From NCBI GenBank assembly GCA_028867335.1, contig JAGWGN010000003.1:1-62553 (forward strand): a stretch of 62,553 bases of DNA, read 5' to 3'. Both the position numbers and the translations under genes were made by a program. Source of the DNA: Candidatus Micrarchaeota archaeon (lineage in GTDB: Archaea > Micrarchaeota > Micrarchaeia > Micrarchaeales > CABMGC01). Shown here one piece after another: positions 1 to 8,747 of this stretch (the first letter of the stretch is position 1; the number at the start of each line of letters is the position of its first letter). The notes beneath the pieces are model-generated. The model was not told the origin of the DNA and ran no database searches. It saw only the letters and a program-made list of their open reading frames with translations.

Positions 1-2
1 AG

Positions 3-179
3 AAGGTAAAGGACCTCTACATCCTCACCTCCCTAGGCGAAAATGTATGCAAGAGCCAGGTTATCAACCTCGCTGCCACCCTAAGGGACTCGAAGAAGCA
101 CCAGATGGTGGACGTGCTTAGGAAGGACCCCCGATTTAGCGTGGAGGAGATCGAAAAGGCGATCGACATTAAGAATTGA
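3..179 (+). CDS. 3' end of a hypothetical protein (truncated by window edge)
   Basis: Open frame KVKDLYILTSLGENVCK...IEKAIDIKN ending TGA at 177-179, with codon style like the neighbouring genes. Confidence 0.55.
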   Translation, partial: KVKDLYILTSLGENVCKSQVINLAATLRDSKKHQMVDVLRKDPRFSVEEIEKAIDIKN

Positions 180-219
180 GAGGCGCGCCCAGTCAAATTC
201 ATATATTTATTCTAAGATA

Positions 220-714
220 ATGGATGCGAAAGCCATGGAGATACATGTCTATACCGACGGAGCGGCGCGGGGGAACCCAGGTCCTAGCGCATCGGGCTAT
301 GCAATCTACGACCAAAAGGAGAAGCTACTTGTCAAGATGTTCTTCTACAACGGAAGGCAGACAAACAACGTGGCTGAATACCTTGCGATAATCGCGGCGC
401 TCAAGAAGGTGATCGAGGAGTTTGGCGGCAAGGCGGAGCTAACTCTTTTCTCGGACAGCAAGCTTGTGGTAAACCAGCTCGGCGGAAAGTACAAGGTAAA
501 TGACGCAAACTTAAGGAAGCTGCACAGGGAGGCATCAAAACTCGCAGGCGCGCTTTTGAAATGCAGGTTTGTGGATGTGCCAAGGGAGAATCCACACATC
601 TCTATGGTCGACAGGGAGCTAAACAGGCTCCTAGATAACATTAAAAAGGATGAAAGTGATATTGTAGCTATCAAAAAGGCAAGGGAAGGGGAGCAAAAAG
701 GATTATTCGGTTGA
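220..714 (+). CDS. rnhA: Ribonuclease HI
   Basis: YTDGAARGNPG, TNNVAEY, SDSKLVVNQ and VPRE motifs. Confidence 0.9.
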   Translation: MDAKAMEIHVYTDGAARGNPGPSASGYAIYDQKEKLLVKMFFYNGRQTNNVAEYLAIIAALKKVIEEFGGKAELTLFSDSKLVVNQLGGKYKVNDANLRKLHREASKLAGALLKCRFVDVPRENPHISMVDRELNRLLDNIKKDESDIVAIKKAREGEQKGLFG

Positions 715-3284
715 CGATTATGGCTGATGACAAGGAACCAAAGAAGGGCACAACCAGCGTTGTGGCAAAGGAGCTCTACACGAAGGCGGGCAACCTCTTC
801 GAGGACAACAAGTTCGAGGAGGCGATTGACCTCTACGGCCAGGCGATCCGCGAGGACCCAAAGTACGCAAGCGCCTACTTCAACAGGGCTCTTGCCTATG
901 CGATACTAAACAAGTACGAGCTTGCCACGGCTGATGCCAAGCAGGTGCTCAAGCTCGAGCCCGACAGCTACGACGCCCCTTATGTCATGGGAATCGTCGC
1001 GGAGTACCAAAAGGAGTACGAGCAGGCAAGGGAGTGGTACCAGAAGGCGATCGAGAAGAACCCCAAGTACGAGCAGGCGAAGGCCAGGCTCGAGGCGCTA
1101 AACAAGAAGGTGGAGGAGCAGCCGGCGGAGGGGGAGAAGAAGCTGCTCTCCGGAGGGGAGGAGAAGACCGTATCCGAGGAGGGACAGCTAAAGAGCGTCA
1201 AGTGGTACAAGTCGAAGCTAAAGTTCGCGGACATCGTAGGGATGAAGAAGCAGAAGAAGCTCATCCACGAGAACATCATACTTGCAATCAAGAAGCCTGA
1301 GCTTCTGCGCGCTTACGGCAAGAAGCTCGGTCTTGGCGTACTGTTCTATGGTCCTCCGGGATGCGGAAAATGCGTGACCGCAGATACTCAGGTGCTGCTG
1401 CCAGATGGCAGATATGTCACCATAAAGGAAGTTGTTGAGAACAAGGAGCCATACATAGTAACGCTGACCAAGATGCACAAGTTGGCGATCAGGAAGGTGA
1501 GCGGCTGGTGGAAGCTGGACGGCAAGCCGCTGCTTAGGATAACGACCAAGCGGGGCAGGATTGTGGAATGCACGCCTGAGCATCCGTTCCTTACAAAGGA
1601 GGGATGGAGCGAGGCATCCACACTGAAGGAGAATGACAAAATCGGAGTTCCAAGACATGTCCCAATATTTGGTAATGGAGTAATTAGAGAGTGCGAGGCC
1701 AAGTTACTCGCCTACTTTATCGCCGAAGGCGGATTGACGCAGGGAAAGCCTGTATTTACCAATTCTGATCCCGAGCTTTTGGAGGACTTCCAGTCTGCAG
1801 TTCTACAGTTCAATCGCAAGCTCCACATAAACACAGTGGTAGAACAGGGAAGCGTTATGACAATGCAGGTTGCTGGTAGGTACATACAAGAGCTAGGAGC
1901 ACAGGGAAGAAGCTCAATGCAGAGATTCCTAGATGCGCATGGTCTTTCGTTCACAAGCTCCTACAACAAGAAGATACCGCCAGTTGTCTTCACATTGCAA
2001 AAGCACCTTCTTGCCCTATTCCTAAACCGCCTGTTCTCTGGCGATGGATGGTCTGAGGACAGGGAGGAAAGTGGGGTAAGATACGGGACTCGTAGGCACA
2101 GAATAATCGGCTATTCGAGCAACTCCAAGGTGCTTGTCAGGCAGATACAGCACCTTCTGCTCCGTTTCGGGATCCTCTCTAGCATCCACAGCAAGGCAGA
2201 AAACTTCACGCTATCAATTTACAGGAGCAGGGACGTGGACACATTCATAGACGAAATAGGGATGTTCGGCAACAGAGCCGCTTTGCTTTCAAAAAAGAAG
2301 GATTCTTGGGGAAAGATAAAGAAAAAGGGGGGCAGCAGGGTTGTGTATGAGGAAATCAGCAAGATAGAGAATCTGGATGCTCCCGAACATGTGTATGACC
2401 TCACAGTAGAGGACACCCATAACTTTGTTGCAAATGATTTTTTTGTGCACAATACATATTTCGTAAATGCAATCGGGGGAGAGACGGGGTCAAATCTGCT
2501 CGTGGCCGCGATCAACGAGATAGTAGACATGTACGCAGGTAACACCGAGAAGAACATGCACCAGATCTTCGAGCAGGCGAGGAAGAACACCCCTTGTGTT
2601 GTCTTCTTCGACGAGGTGGACGCTCTCGGAATGAAGAGGGACGGCGGAGGCGACGGGGGCGGATCCCAGAGCTACATGCGAATGGCGGTAAACCAGTTCC
2701 TCCAGGAGATGGACGGAATCGAGAAGAACCCCGAGGGCATCTTCATCATCGGTGCGACAAACCAGCCATGGGACATGGACCCTGCGCTCAAGCGAAGCGG
2801 AAGGTTCGGGGAGGCGATCTATATCCCACCACCGGACTACCAGACAAGAAAACAGTCGTTTATCTACAACACAAGAAAGATGCCTCTTGGCAACATAAAC
2901 TTCGGAAGGCTTGCAAGGGCGGCCATGGGATTCTCGCAGGCGGACATAGCAGACATCTGTGACAAGACCGCGCTCATCCCTGCAGCTGAGGAGGACAGGA
3001 CCGGAAAGAAGAGGAAGATCATGATGAAGGACTTCCTTGGGATGATAAAGCACCACGGCGGAACGCTCGATGAGTGGTACGCGATGGTCAGAAAGGACAT
3101 CGTCAACAAGACCGAGACCCAGATAGTGGACGGGAAGAAGCAGGAGATAGTGAAAGAGGGGAAGCTCTCGCCCGAGGAGAAGTCGCGATACAAGCCGCTT
3201 GTCAAGGACGTTAAGAGGAACTCGAGCAAGATGATGCTCTTTTTGAAGAAGTTCATGAGGACATTTGCGCTCTACGTTGCGTAA
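711..3284 (+). CDS. TPR-repeat AAA+ ATPase (Cdc48/Vps4-like AAA module) containing an intein
   Basis: N-terminal TPRs (AYFNRALAY); Walker A GPPGCGK|T split by intein; Walker B FFDEVD; SRH ATNQPWDMDPALKRSGRF. Confidence 0.85.
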   Translation: MTIMADDKEPKKGTTSVVAKELYTKAGNLFEDNKFEEAIDLYGQAIREDPKYASAYFNRALAYAILNKYELATADAKQVLKLEPDSYDAPYVMGIVAEYQKEYEQAREWYQKAIEKNPKYEQAKARLEALNKKVEEQPAEGEKKLLSGGEEKTVSEEGQLKSVKWYKSKLKFADIVGMKKQKKLIHENIILAIKKPELLRAYGKKLGLGVLFYGPPGCGKCVTADTQVLLPDGRYVTIKEVVENKEPYIVTLTKMHKLAIRKVSGWWKLDGKPLLRITTKRGRIVECTPEHPFLTKEGWSEASTLKENDKIGVPRHVPIFGNGVIRECEAKLLAYFIAEGGLTQGKPVFTNSDPELLEDFQSAVLQFNRKLHINTVVEQGSVMTMQVAGRYIQELGAQGRSSMQRFLDAHGLSFTSSYNKKIPPVVFTLQKHLLALFLNRLFSGDGWSEDREESGVRYGTRRHRIIGYSSNSKVLVRQIQHLLLRFGILSSIHSKAENFTLSIYRSRDVDTFIDEIGMFGNRAALLSKKKDSWGKIKKKGGSRVVYEEISKIENLDAPEHVYDLTVEDTHNFVANDFFVHNTYFVNAIGGETGSNLLVAAINEIVDMYAGNTEKNMHQIFEQARKNTPCVVFFDEVDALGMKRDGGGDGGGSQSYMRMAVNQFLQEMDGIEKNPEGIFIIGATNQPWDMDPALKRSGRFGEAIYIPPPDYQTRKQSFIYNTRKMPLGNINFGRLARAAMGFSQADIADICDKTALIPAAEEDRTGKKRKIMMKDFLGMIKHHGGTLDEWYAMVRKDIVNKTETQIVDGKKQEIVKEGKLSPEEKSRYKPLVKDVKRNSSKMMLFLKKFMRTFALYVA
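1371..2453 (+). mobile_element. Intein (361 aa) with LAGLIDADG homing endonuclease
   Basis: Starts CVTADT; block B TPEHPF; LAGLIDADG-like LLAYFIAEGG and FLNRLFSGDGW; ends VYDLTVEDTHNFVANDFFVHN followed by +1 Thr. Confidence 0.93.
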
Positions 3285-3305
3285 AAATAATTATAAAGTG
3301 AATCA

Positions 3306-4259
3306 ATGGCGACCAAAAAACATGCAGTCAGTGGACCAAGGGTAATGAACATAAACAATTGGGAAAGTGAGTGGGTGGAGGCGCTCTCGGCTTACCTCAA
3401 GATCAAGGCGGTCCCCATGAAGGGGACGATATTTGCGACAGGAATGGGGGGCAGCGGGATAGTCGGCGAGGTGCTAAAGCACATCACGAACAAGAACATC
3501 AAGTTCTCAAAGCTGCCGATCAAGGAGAAGGTCGACTGGGTGCTTGCGATAAGCTATTCGGGGAACACCACTGAGACAATTTACAGCGTGAAGCAGATGA
3601 GGAAGCGGGGCGCGAAGGTAGTTGCGATAACCTCTGGGGGAAAGCTTCCGGAATACGCAGATTATGTTGTCAAGCTGCCTGTGGGGATGCTTCCAAGAGA
3701 CGGATTCCCGTACATGCTTTCAGCGGCGCTTGCGGTGGTGGGCTGCAAGAAGGAGCTCAGGGAGGCGATAAAGGCAGTCAAGCTGACCAACCTTGGGCAG
3801 GCGAAGAAGATTGTGGAGCTCATCAAGGGGCGGACACCTGTGATCTACTCATCTGGATGGATGATCGCCGCCGCGAAGCGATTCAAGCAGCAGCTCAACG
3901 AGAACGCGAAGATGTTCGCCTTCTTTTCCAAGATGCCAGACTCGTTCCACAACGACATCGAGCCGTTCTTCTGGGACAACAAGCCGTTCTCCGCAAAGCG
4001 GAAGGAGGGATTTGTGCCGGTCATAATAGGGAACGGATACCTAGCATACAAGACCGCGCAGTTCCTGCCAAACGCCTTCCACATAAAGGCGAAGAAGACA
4101 AACAAGGTGCTGGAGGTGGTCAGCTCGATCTATCTGCTGGACTATGTCTCATTCAAGCTTGCCGAAGAGCGCAAGGCGGATAGGATAAGCATACCCGGCA
4201 TAACGATGGGCAGGCAGGTAATCAGCGGCCTCAAGAGCTTCCACACGAAAGTCGGGTAG
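3306..4259 (+). CDS. Bifunctional phosphoglucose/phosphomannose isomerase (SIS fold)
   Basis: GMGGSG, SYSGNTTET, PR, QLNENAK and HN motifs. Confidence 0.85.
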   Translation: MATKKHAVSGPRVMNINNWESEWVEALSAYLKIKAVPMKGTIFATGMGGSGIVGEVLKHITNKNIKFSKLPIKEKVDWVLAISYSGNTTETIYSVKQMRKRGAKVVAITSGGKLPEYADYVVKLPVGMLPRDGFPYMLSAALAVVGCKKELREAIKAVKLTNLGQAKKIVELIKGRTPVIYSSGWMIAAAKRFKQQLNENAKMFAFFSKMPDSFHNDIEPFFWDNKPFSAKRKEGFVPVIIGNGYLAYKTAQFLPNAFHIKAKKTNKVLEVVSSIYLLDYVSFKLAEERKADRISIPGITMGRQVISGLKSFHTKVG

Positions 4260-4272
4260 AATTCTTAGAAAC

Positions 4273-4521
4273 TTAGCCGATGCAGAAGAACCCGTATTTA
4301 TCTAGGGGAAGACGGTTAAGGTAGGAAAGATAGGTCCCATAGCTTAGATTAAAACCATAGGGGTTTGTGGTACAGTAGAAACCTTCTAAACGAAGAATCA
4401 GACCGGATACTGCCAAATCCCTGTTTATCTGCAAGATGGTAGAGAGGCAAAAGGAGACATTTGGGGTTAAATAGACTATCAGAAAAATTGTTGAGACCAA
4501 TACTAATCCATAATAAGACAT
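4273..4521 (-). CDS. Small hypothetical protein, possibly last gene of pilus locus
   Basis: ATG directly abuts stop of upstream pilin-like gene; hydrophobic N-terminus; no recognisable motif. Confidence 0.3.
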   Translation of the reverse strand: MSYYGLVLVSTIFLIVYLTPNVSFCLSTILQINRDLAVSGLILRLEGFYCTTNPYGFNLSYGTYLSYLNRLPLDKYGFFCIG

Positions 4522-4902
4522 TCAATCGCCCACGTAGATACAGATGGTCTGATTAATCATGTCCTGAATGAGGGGAAAACAGCCGGATTGCGAATTGCCT
4601 GAGAGATTGCCAATTATTGTCCCATTAACTTCCAAAGAAGCCTTTAAGTTTAGGATTTTAGAGTACTGGTAGAGGTAGCCTCTTACGCAAGAGAGGTTTT
4701 TTTCCAAAATACATGAGCGTAGATTGCTGTTAAAGCTTATCTGTTGCGAAATGTCGTAGATGCCCGCAGAATCCCCCAAATTTGTCAAAGCCGCATATGC
4801 GGCAGCCGTATTTTCATTCATTTGAAAGGCATAGAATGTAGAAAAAGATAGTGCTAGCAATAAGGAGATCATGGCCTCTATTGTAGCGAATTGGATTTTC
4901 AT
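4522..4902 (-). CDS. Pilin-like protein (class III signal peptide)
   Basis: MKIQFATIEAMISLLLAL followed by hydrophobic helix. Confidence 0.6.
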   Translation of the reverse strand: MKIQFATIEAMISLLLALSFSTFYAFQMNENTAAAYAALTNLGDSAGIYDISQQISFNSNLRSCILEKNLSCVRGYLYQYSKILNLKASLEVNGTIIGNLSGNSQSGCFPLIQDMINQTICIYVGD

Positions 4903-4906
4903 TAGC

Positions 4907-6184
4907 TCACTTGGATATTATGCTTATCTCTGACCCGAGATACGGGATGGTTTCGTTTCCAAAGTTTATTCCGCTTAAAATCGCGTTTATCTGGTATGAA
5001 AATGGGGAACTCGCCTTGCAGAGATAGTTAGAATCTGAGGGGAAGCATGCAGAATTCTGCAGACTTGAGCTGTTGATTAGGTTGTTTGAGGCTTTGTCAT
5101 ATGCTGAAACGGCAGCTTCGATGGAGGACTGGATGTCTGTGGAGACATACGACTGATTGTAGAAGCTCAGGGTGCTGTAGAGATTGTTTTTTGCTTGGAT
5201 ATATTGTTCGTAGGCCGCCTGATTTACTACTTTGGTCTTTCCGCCAATCGAAAGGAAACTGGAGGTGAGAAGAGGGTCGGGTGATACGGCTGATTCGACT
5301 TCTGCGCTGCCGACAATCTCGTTTGCTAAGAGCACCTCGGATGTTGAGTTATCTGAAAGGTTTGAATATAAGCTGACCGAATTATAATTGATGCCCAATC
5401 TCAAAGAGTACTTGAGCCTATAATCTGAAGGGCTTATGGAGGACAGACCATAAGTGGTGTTTGTAGGGACGATACAGGTTGTTGCGGTGTAGTAATTGCT
5501 CGTGGAGTAGCAGTAACTCGAGAATACGGAATATGACCATGCATCCTCAGTGCCGCACTGCTGGGCAATTCCAGTTGGGCCAAACATGCTTGCATACGTG
5601 CAATGGCTGAATTCGTTTAGGCTTGCGATCTTCCCGTTGTCCACTAGCGCGTAAACAACGGATTCGTTACGGTTTTCAAGAGATACGGTTGGGAGCTGGT
5701 TTTGGGCAGGTAGGTTAGATCCACTTACGTAGGTTGTGAGGACTGAGGAGCGATTCTGTAAACTCCCACTGCAGGCGTAGGTATAATTGATGCCTACAAC
5801 CCCAAAACCTTCGGAGAGAGGGGTGAAATATAGGGAGATGGTGCTTATGCCATTAACCCCGAAAATGATTGCGTTTTGGGGAAAATACAGGGATTGCGCT
5901 CTGGCAGATAAGCTTACGGTTCCATTATAGCATCCGAACGCGGCTACCTCCATCCTATTTGGCTTGTTTAGTGTTGAATTCTCGGGCAGATAGATGAGAA
6001 GCTGGGGGTTTAGGGCGCTTGGGCCAAGCAGATTCCCGCTTTCGAAACTGTTTCCTGGAATGATGCCCCCAATGAGCTGGTCACTTTTCCCCACGCTTCC
6101 CTTGTATAGGGTCACTGTAGTCAGGCTGAGTAGGCTTATCGCCCCCAATATGACCAAAAATTCTAAGCTAGCTTGTATCCTCAT
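4907..6184 (-). CDS. Large minor pilin / adhesin-like protein
   Basis: MRIQASLEFLVILG (QxSxE class III signal); Ser/Asn/Tyr-rich extracellular region with several Cys. Confidence 0.7.
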   Translation of the reverse strand: MRIQASLEFLVILGAISLLSLTTVTLYKGSVGKSDQLIGGIIPGNSFESGNLLGPSALNPQLLIYLPENSTLNKPNRMEVAAFGCYNGTVSLSARAQSLYFPQNAIIFGVNGISTISLYFTPLSEGFGVVGINYTYACSGSLQNRSSVLTTYVSGSNLPAQNQLPTVSLENRNESVVYALVDNGKIASLNEFSHCTYASMFGPTGIAQQCGTEDAWSYSVFSSYCYSTSNYYTATTCIVPTNTTYGLSSISPSDYRLKYSLRLGINYNSVSLYSNLSDNSTSEVLLANEIVGSAEVESAVSPDPLLTSSFLSIGGKTKVVNQAAYEQYIQAKNNLYSTLSFYNQSYVSTDIQSSIEAAVSAYDKASNNLINSSSLQNSACFPSDSNYLCKASSPFSYQINAILSGINFGNETIPYLGSEISIISK

Positions 6185-6548
6185 TTTTTAGCACCACCAG
6201 GTATGATTCATTCCTAATTTCTACTATCCTGCATGCGTGTATTCCCTGGCACCGATTTGAGGTGGCGCTTGGAAAAGGAATTATAGTTAGGTTTATGCGG
6301 TTGAACTTCGCAAAGTTAGCGGAGAATGAGCTTGCGCCGCTGTAGTTAAGATTAAGGAGCCTGAAGGCCTGGACGAGAAGCTGTGATTTTGAATAAAGTT
6401 TTAGATCAAGTGTCTGGGCCTGGGCTAAAGAGCCTAGCTGCACTACATTTCCATGGTAGCTCTCGAATATCAGAAAAAATGTTGCCATCACTATCGGCAG
6501 TGAGATCATAGCGTCTAGGGAGATGAGTACGGCTTTATGGTTCAGCAT
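6168..6548 (-). CDS. Pilin-like protein
   Basis: Likely start MLNHKAVLISLDAMISL followed by hydrophobic helix; lies within pilus operon. Confidence 0.55.
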   Translation of the reverse strand: MLNHKAVLISLDAMISLPIVMATFFLIFESYHGNVVQLGSLAQAQTLDLKLYSKSQLLVQAFRLLNLNYSGASSFSANFAKFNRINLTIIPFPSATSNRCQGIHACRIVEIRNESYLVVLKNEDTS

Positions 6549-6757
6549 CTTGAAACCCCTGGAGTTATGCAGTTTAGGCACGAACTAAGCAATTCTGACG
6601 CATAGGCCGCAGAGGCACACGAGTAGTCCTTCAATATATCGATTGACGGTTGCATTGAGGCGTTGCTCCCTTTGAGCCAGATAAGTGAGGAGAGAGATAT
6701 GGAGAGTGCCAGGGTCATGAGTATCATCAATTCAAAGCTTATCTGGGCATTCGTCAA
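6542..6757 (-). CDS. Small pilin (class III signal)
   Basis: NAQISFELMILMTLAL. Confidence 0.6.
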   Translation of the reverse strand: MTNAQISFELMILMTLALSISLSSLIWLKGSNASMQPSIDILKDYSCASAAYASELLSSCLNCITPGVSRC

Positions 6758-7140
6758 ACCACCCTTATGAGCTCAATGTTGCCCGAATCATATTGTATGT
6801 TGAAATCTGCCGTCTGCCCATCTGGACAAAATAACTTTGGGGGCAGGGATATCCCGCCGATGAAGCCGAATTTCCCGTAATCGGTTGATAATGTTTCTCC
6901 GCTAATTGAAGAATTGCAGATGCCTTTTGGGAGAAATCCGGAGATGGTGATTCCGCTGGCGCTTGAGAGGATGGCATCATTTATCTGCCCGATAAGCGTT
7001 GATGTCACATAATAATCCATTGAATTTCTCAGGCTCGGTCCTGCGGTGCTAAGTACGCCGGTTGCAAAAAGCAAAGAAAGCCCGGCTAGGGAGAGGTAAA
7101 TGAGGAATTCCACTGAGAGCTGACCCTTAAACATGCTCAC
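6754..7140 (-). CDS. Pilin (class III signal)
   Basis: KGQLSVEFLIYLSLAG. Confidence 0.7.
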   Translation of the reverse strand: MSMFKGQLSVEFLIYLSLAGLSLLFATGVLSTAGPSLRNSMDYYVTSTLIGQINDAILSSASGITISGFLPKGICNSSISGETLSTDYGKFGFIGGISLPPKLFCPDGQTADFNIQYDSGNIELIRVV

Positions 7141-7388
7141 ACGCTGTTGCTTGCCAAAGTGGCCAATTCATGCGAGATTGCGCCGCTGATGCTGCTGTTG
7201 CTCCCATTAACAAGCACGGTAGTCACGGCTGCCCCCTTTAGCTTCACAACCATCGCAAGCGCGACTGCAACCACCAGGCTCGCAGCGGCGAGCATCATGA
7301 TGTATTCTAGGGAGCCCTGCCCCTTCATGGACTTTGCCACAGCCAAAAGGGCCTGTACCTCCACCGCAAAATTTATTCTCGTGTTCAT
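7137..7388 (-). CDS. Pilin (class III signal), candidate major pilin
   Basis: KGQGSLEYIMMLAAASLVV; start at 7388 preceded by AGGTG. Confidence 0.72.
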   Translation of the reverse strand: MNTRINFAVEVQALLAVAKSMKGQGSLEYIMMLAAASLVVAVALAMVVKLKGAAVTTVLVNGSNSSISGAISHELATLASNSV

Positions 7389-7396
7389 TTTTTCAC

Positions 7397-8065
7397 CTAT
7401 ATAGCATAAGATGCGAATGAGTAAGCGATTGCCTGGAGAGTGCATCCGAAGATGACCATTGGGAGAGAGTCTCTCACAAGCGAGAGGATGGTTCGAGCTG
7501 GCTTGAGCAGTGAATTTGTTATAAGTGTCGCAAGAACGATGTATCCCGCCCCGATAAGCCTCAGCCCGTTTACGATTGCGATTGCGGAGGGGCCAGTAAG
7601 CGAGCTGAGGACTATGCTCGCAGTTATCCCGCTAAAAAGGGGGAAGAAAAAGACAATTCCAACCAGAGATAGGATCTGCATCCCGTTTACTTTTGACCTT
7701 ATCCTGTTATCCTTCTCGATCTTTGCGTCTATCCACTCCACAAAATCCTCCAGATTCTTGGAGATGTTGGCCCCTGTGGTTATCCCGATGTGTAGAATTT
7801 TTAGCAGTATATTGAGATTGGTCTCCCGAAATGGGCTTTTTTCTGCCCCATGCGCATCGGAAAGGCGATAGCGCCTTGCAAACGTTGCAACCTTATGGTA
7901 TTTGATGTCTCCACAGGAGCTGAGCTCCAGCGACTTTAGGGCTGGATTTCCCTTCTTGTAGTTTGCAAGCAGATTAAGCGCCAATGCGGATATCTCGGCA
8001 TCGCTAAGCAAATCATTTTCTCCAAACTTTATCCTTAAATCGTACAGGCTAAATTGTTTCGACAA
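7397..8065 (-). CDS. TadC/T2SS-F-like pilus platform membrane protein
   Basis: Cytoplasmic domain (TTGANISKNL) followed by three TM segments; operon position. Confidence 0.6.
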   Translation of the reverse strand: MSKQFSLYDLRIKFGENDLLSDAEISALALNLLANYKKGNPALKSLELSSCGDIKYHKVATFARRYRLSDAHGAEKSPFRETNLNILLKILHIGITTGANISKNLEDFVEWIDAKIEKDNRIRSKVNGMQILSLVGIVFFFPLFSGITASIVLSSLTGPSAIAIVNGLRLIGAGYIVLATLITNSLLKPARTILSLVRDSLPMVIFGCTLQAIAYSFASYAI

Positions 8066-8747
8066 TTAATCTCCTCGAGAAAACTGTGCTGCTAAGAGCA
8101 TAAAGGGACGGCACAACGATGAGAACCATAACGGATATGAAAAGAAGTCCGGTTTGGGAAGGGGATATTACCGATGTGCCAACGAAAATGAAGAGCAGAA
8201 ATGATGGCAATAGAGTTGAAAGGAACATGTTCACTGTGGAGCCCCTCTGGAGAGAGTCTAGGGCTATCGAGCTGCTTCTCTCCTTTGCTTTTGAATGCAG
8301 AGCCAAAAACTTTCGGAGGCCACTGTGGAGCACATCGTCTTGGGAGAAGTTGAGGTTGGAGTTTAGAGTGTGCCTATCGAATAAGCTCTCCAGCGACTCC
8401 CCAAGCGACCTTCCGAGGCGGATTTGCCTGGCCATGGACTGAAAGCCTGCTTTCATCTCTGGAATTGTTGAGCTCTCTATTATGTAGGAGAGGCTCCTTT
8501 GGTAGTTATTCCCTTTCGAGCGATAATGGAGAAGTTGGAACAGCGAGTCGACCAGGCTGCTTTCCTTGAGCCGTTTTGAGTATGTGCTGCGGAGATAATC
8601 GTCGCATAGAAAATAGATGGAGCAGGAGAGGGTTGCAATCGAAATCAGCATAATGCCCAGCAGGAGGTTTGAGGATTGGTTGAGGTAAAGCAACAAGGAC
8701 GATAGGACAAATGATGCGGTGATTGCAAAGAATGGTTTTGTGTTCAT
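8049..8747 (-). CDS. TadB/T2SS-F-like pilus platform membrane protein
   Basis: Two N-terminal TMs, IRLGRSLGESL segment, C-terminal TMs; follows assembly ATPase. Confidence 0.62.
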   Translation of the reverse strand: MNTKPFFAITASFVLSSLLLYLNQSSNLLLGIMLISIATLSCSIYFLCDDYLRSTYSKRLKESSLVDSLFQLLHYRSKGNNYQRSLSYIIESSTIPEMKAGFQSMARQIRLGRSLGESLESLFDRHTLNSNLNFSQDDVLHSGLRKFLALHSKAKERSSSIALDSLQRGSTVNMFLSTLLPSFLLFIFVGTSVISPSQTGLLFISVMVLIVVPSLYALSSTVFSRRLIVETI

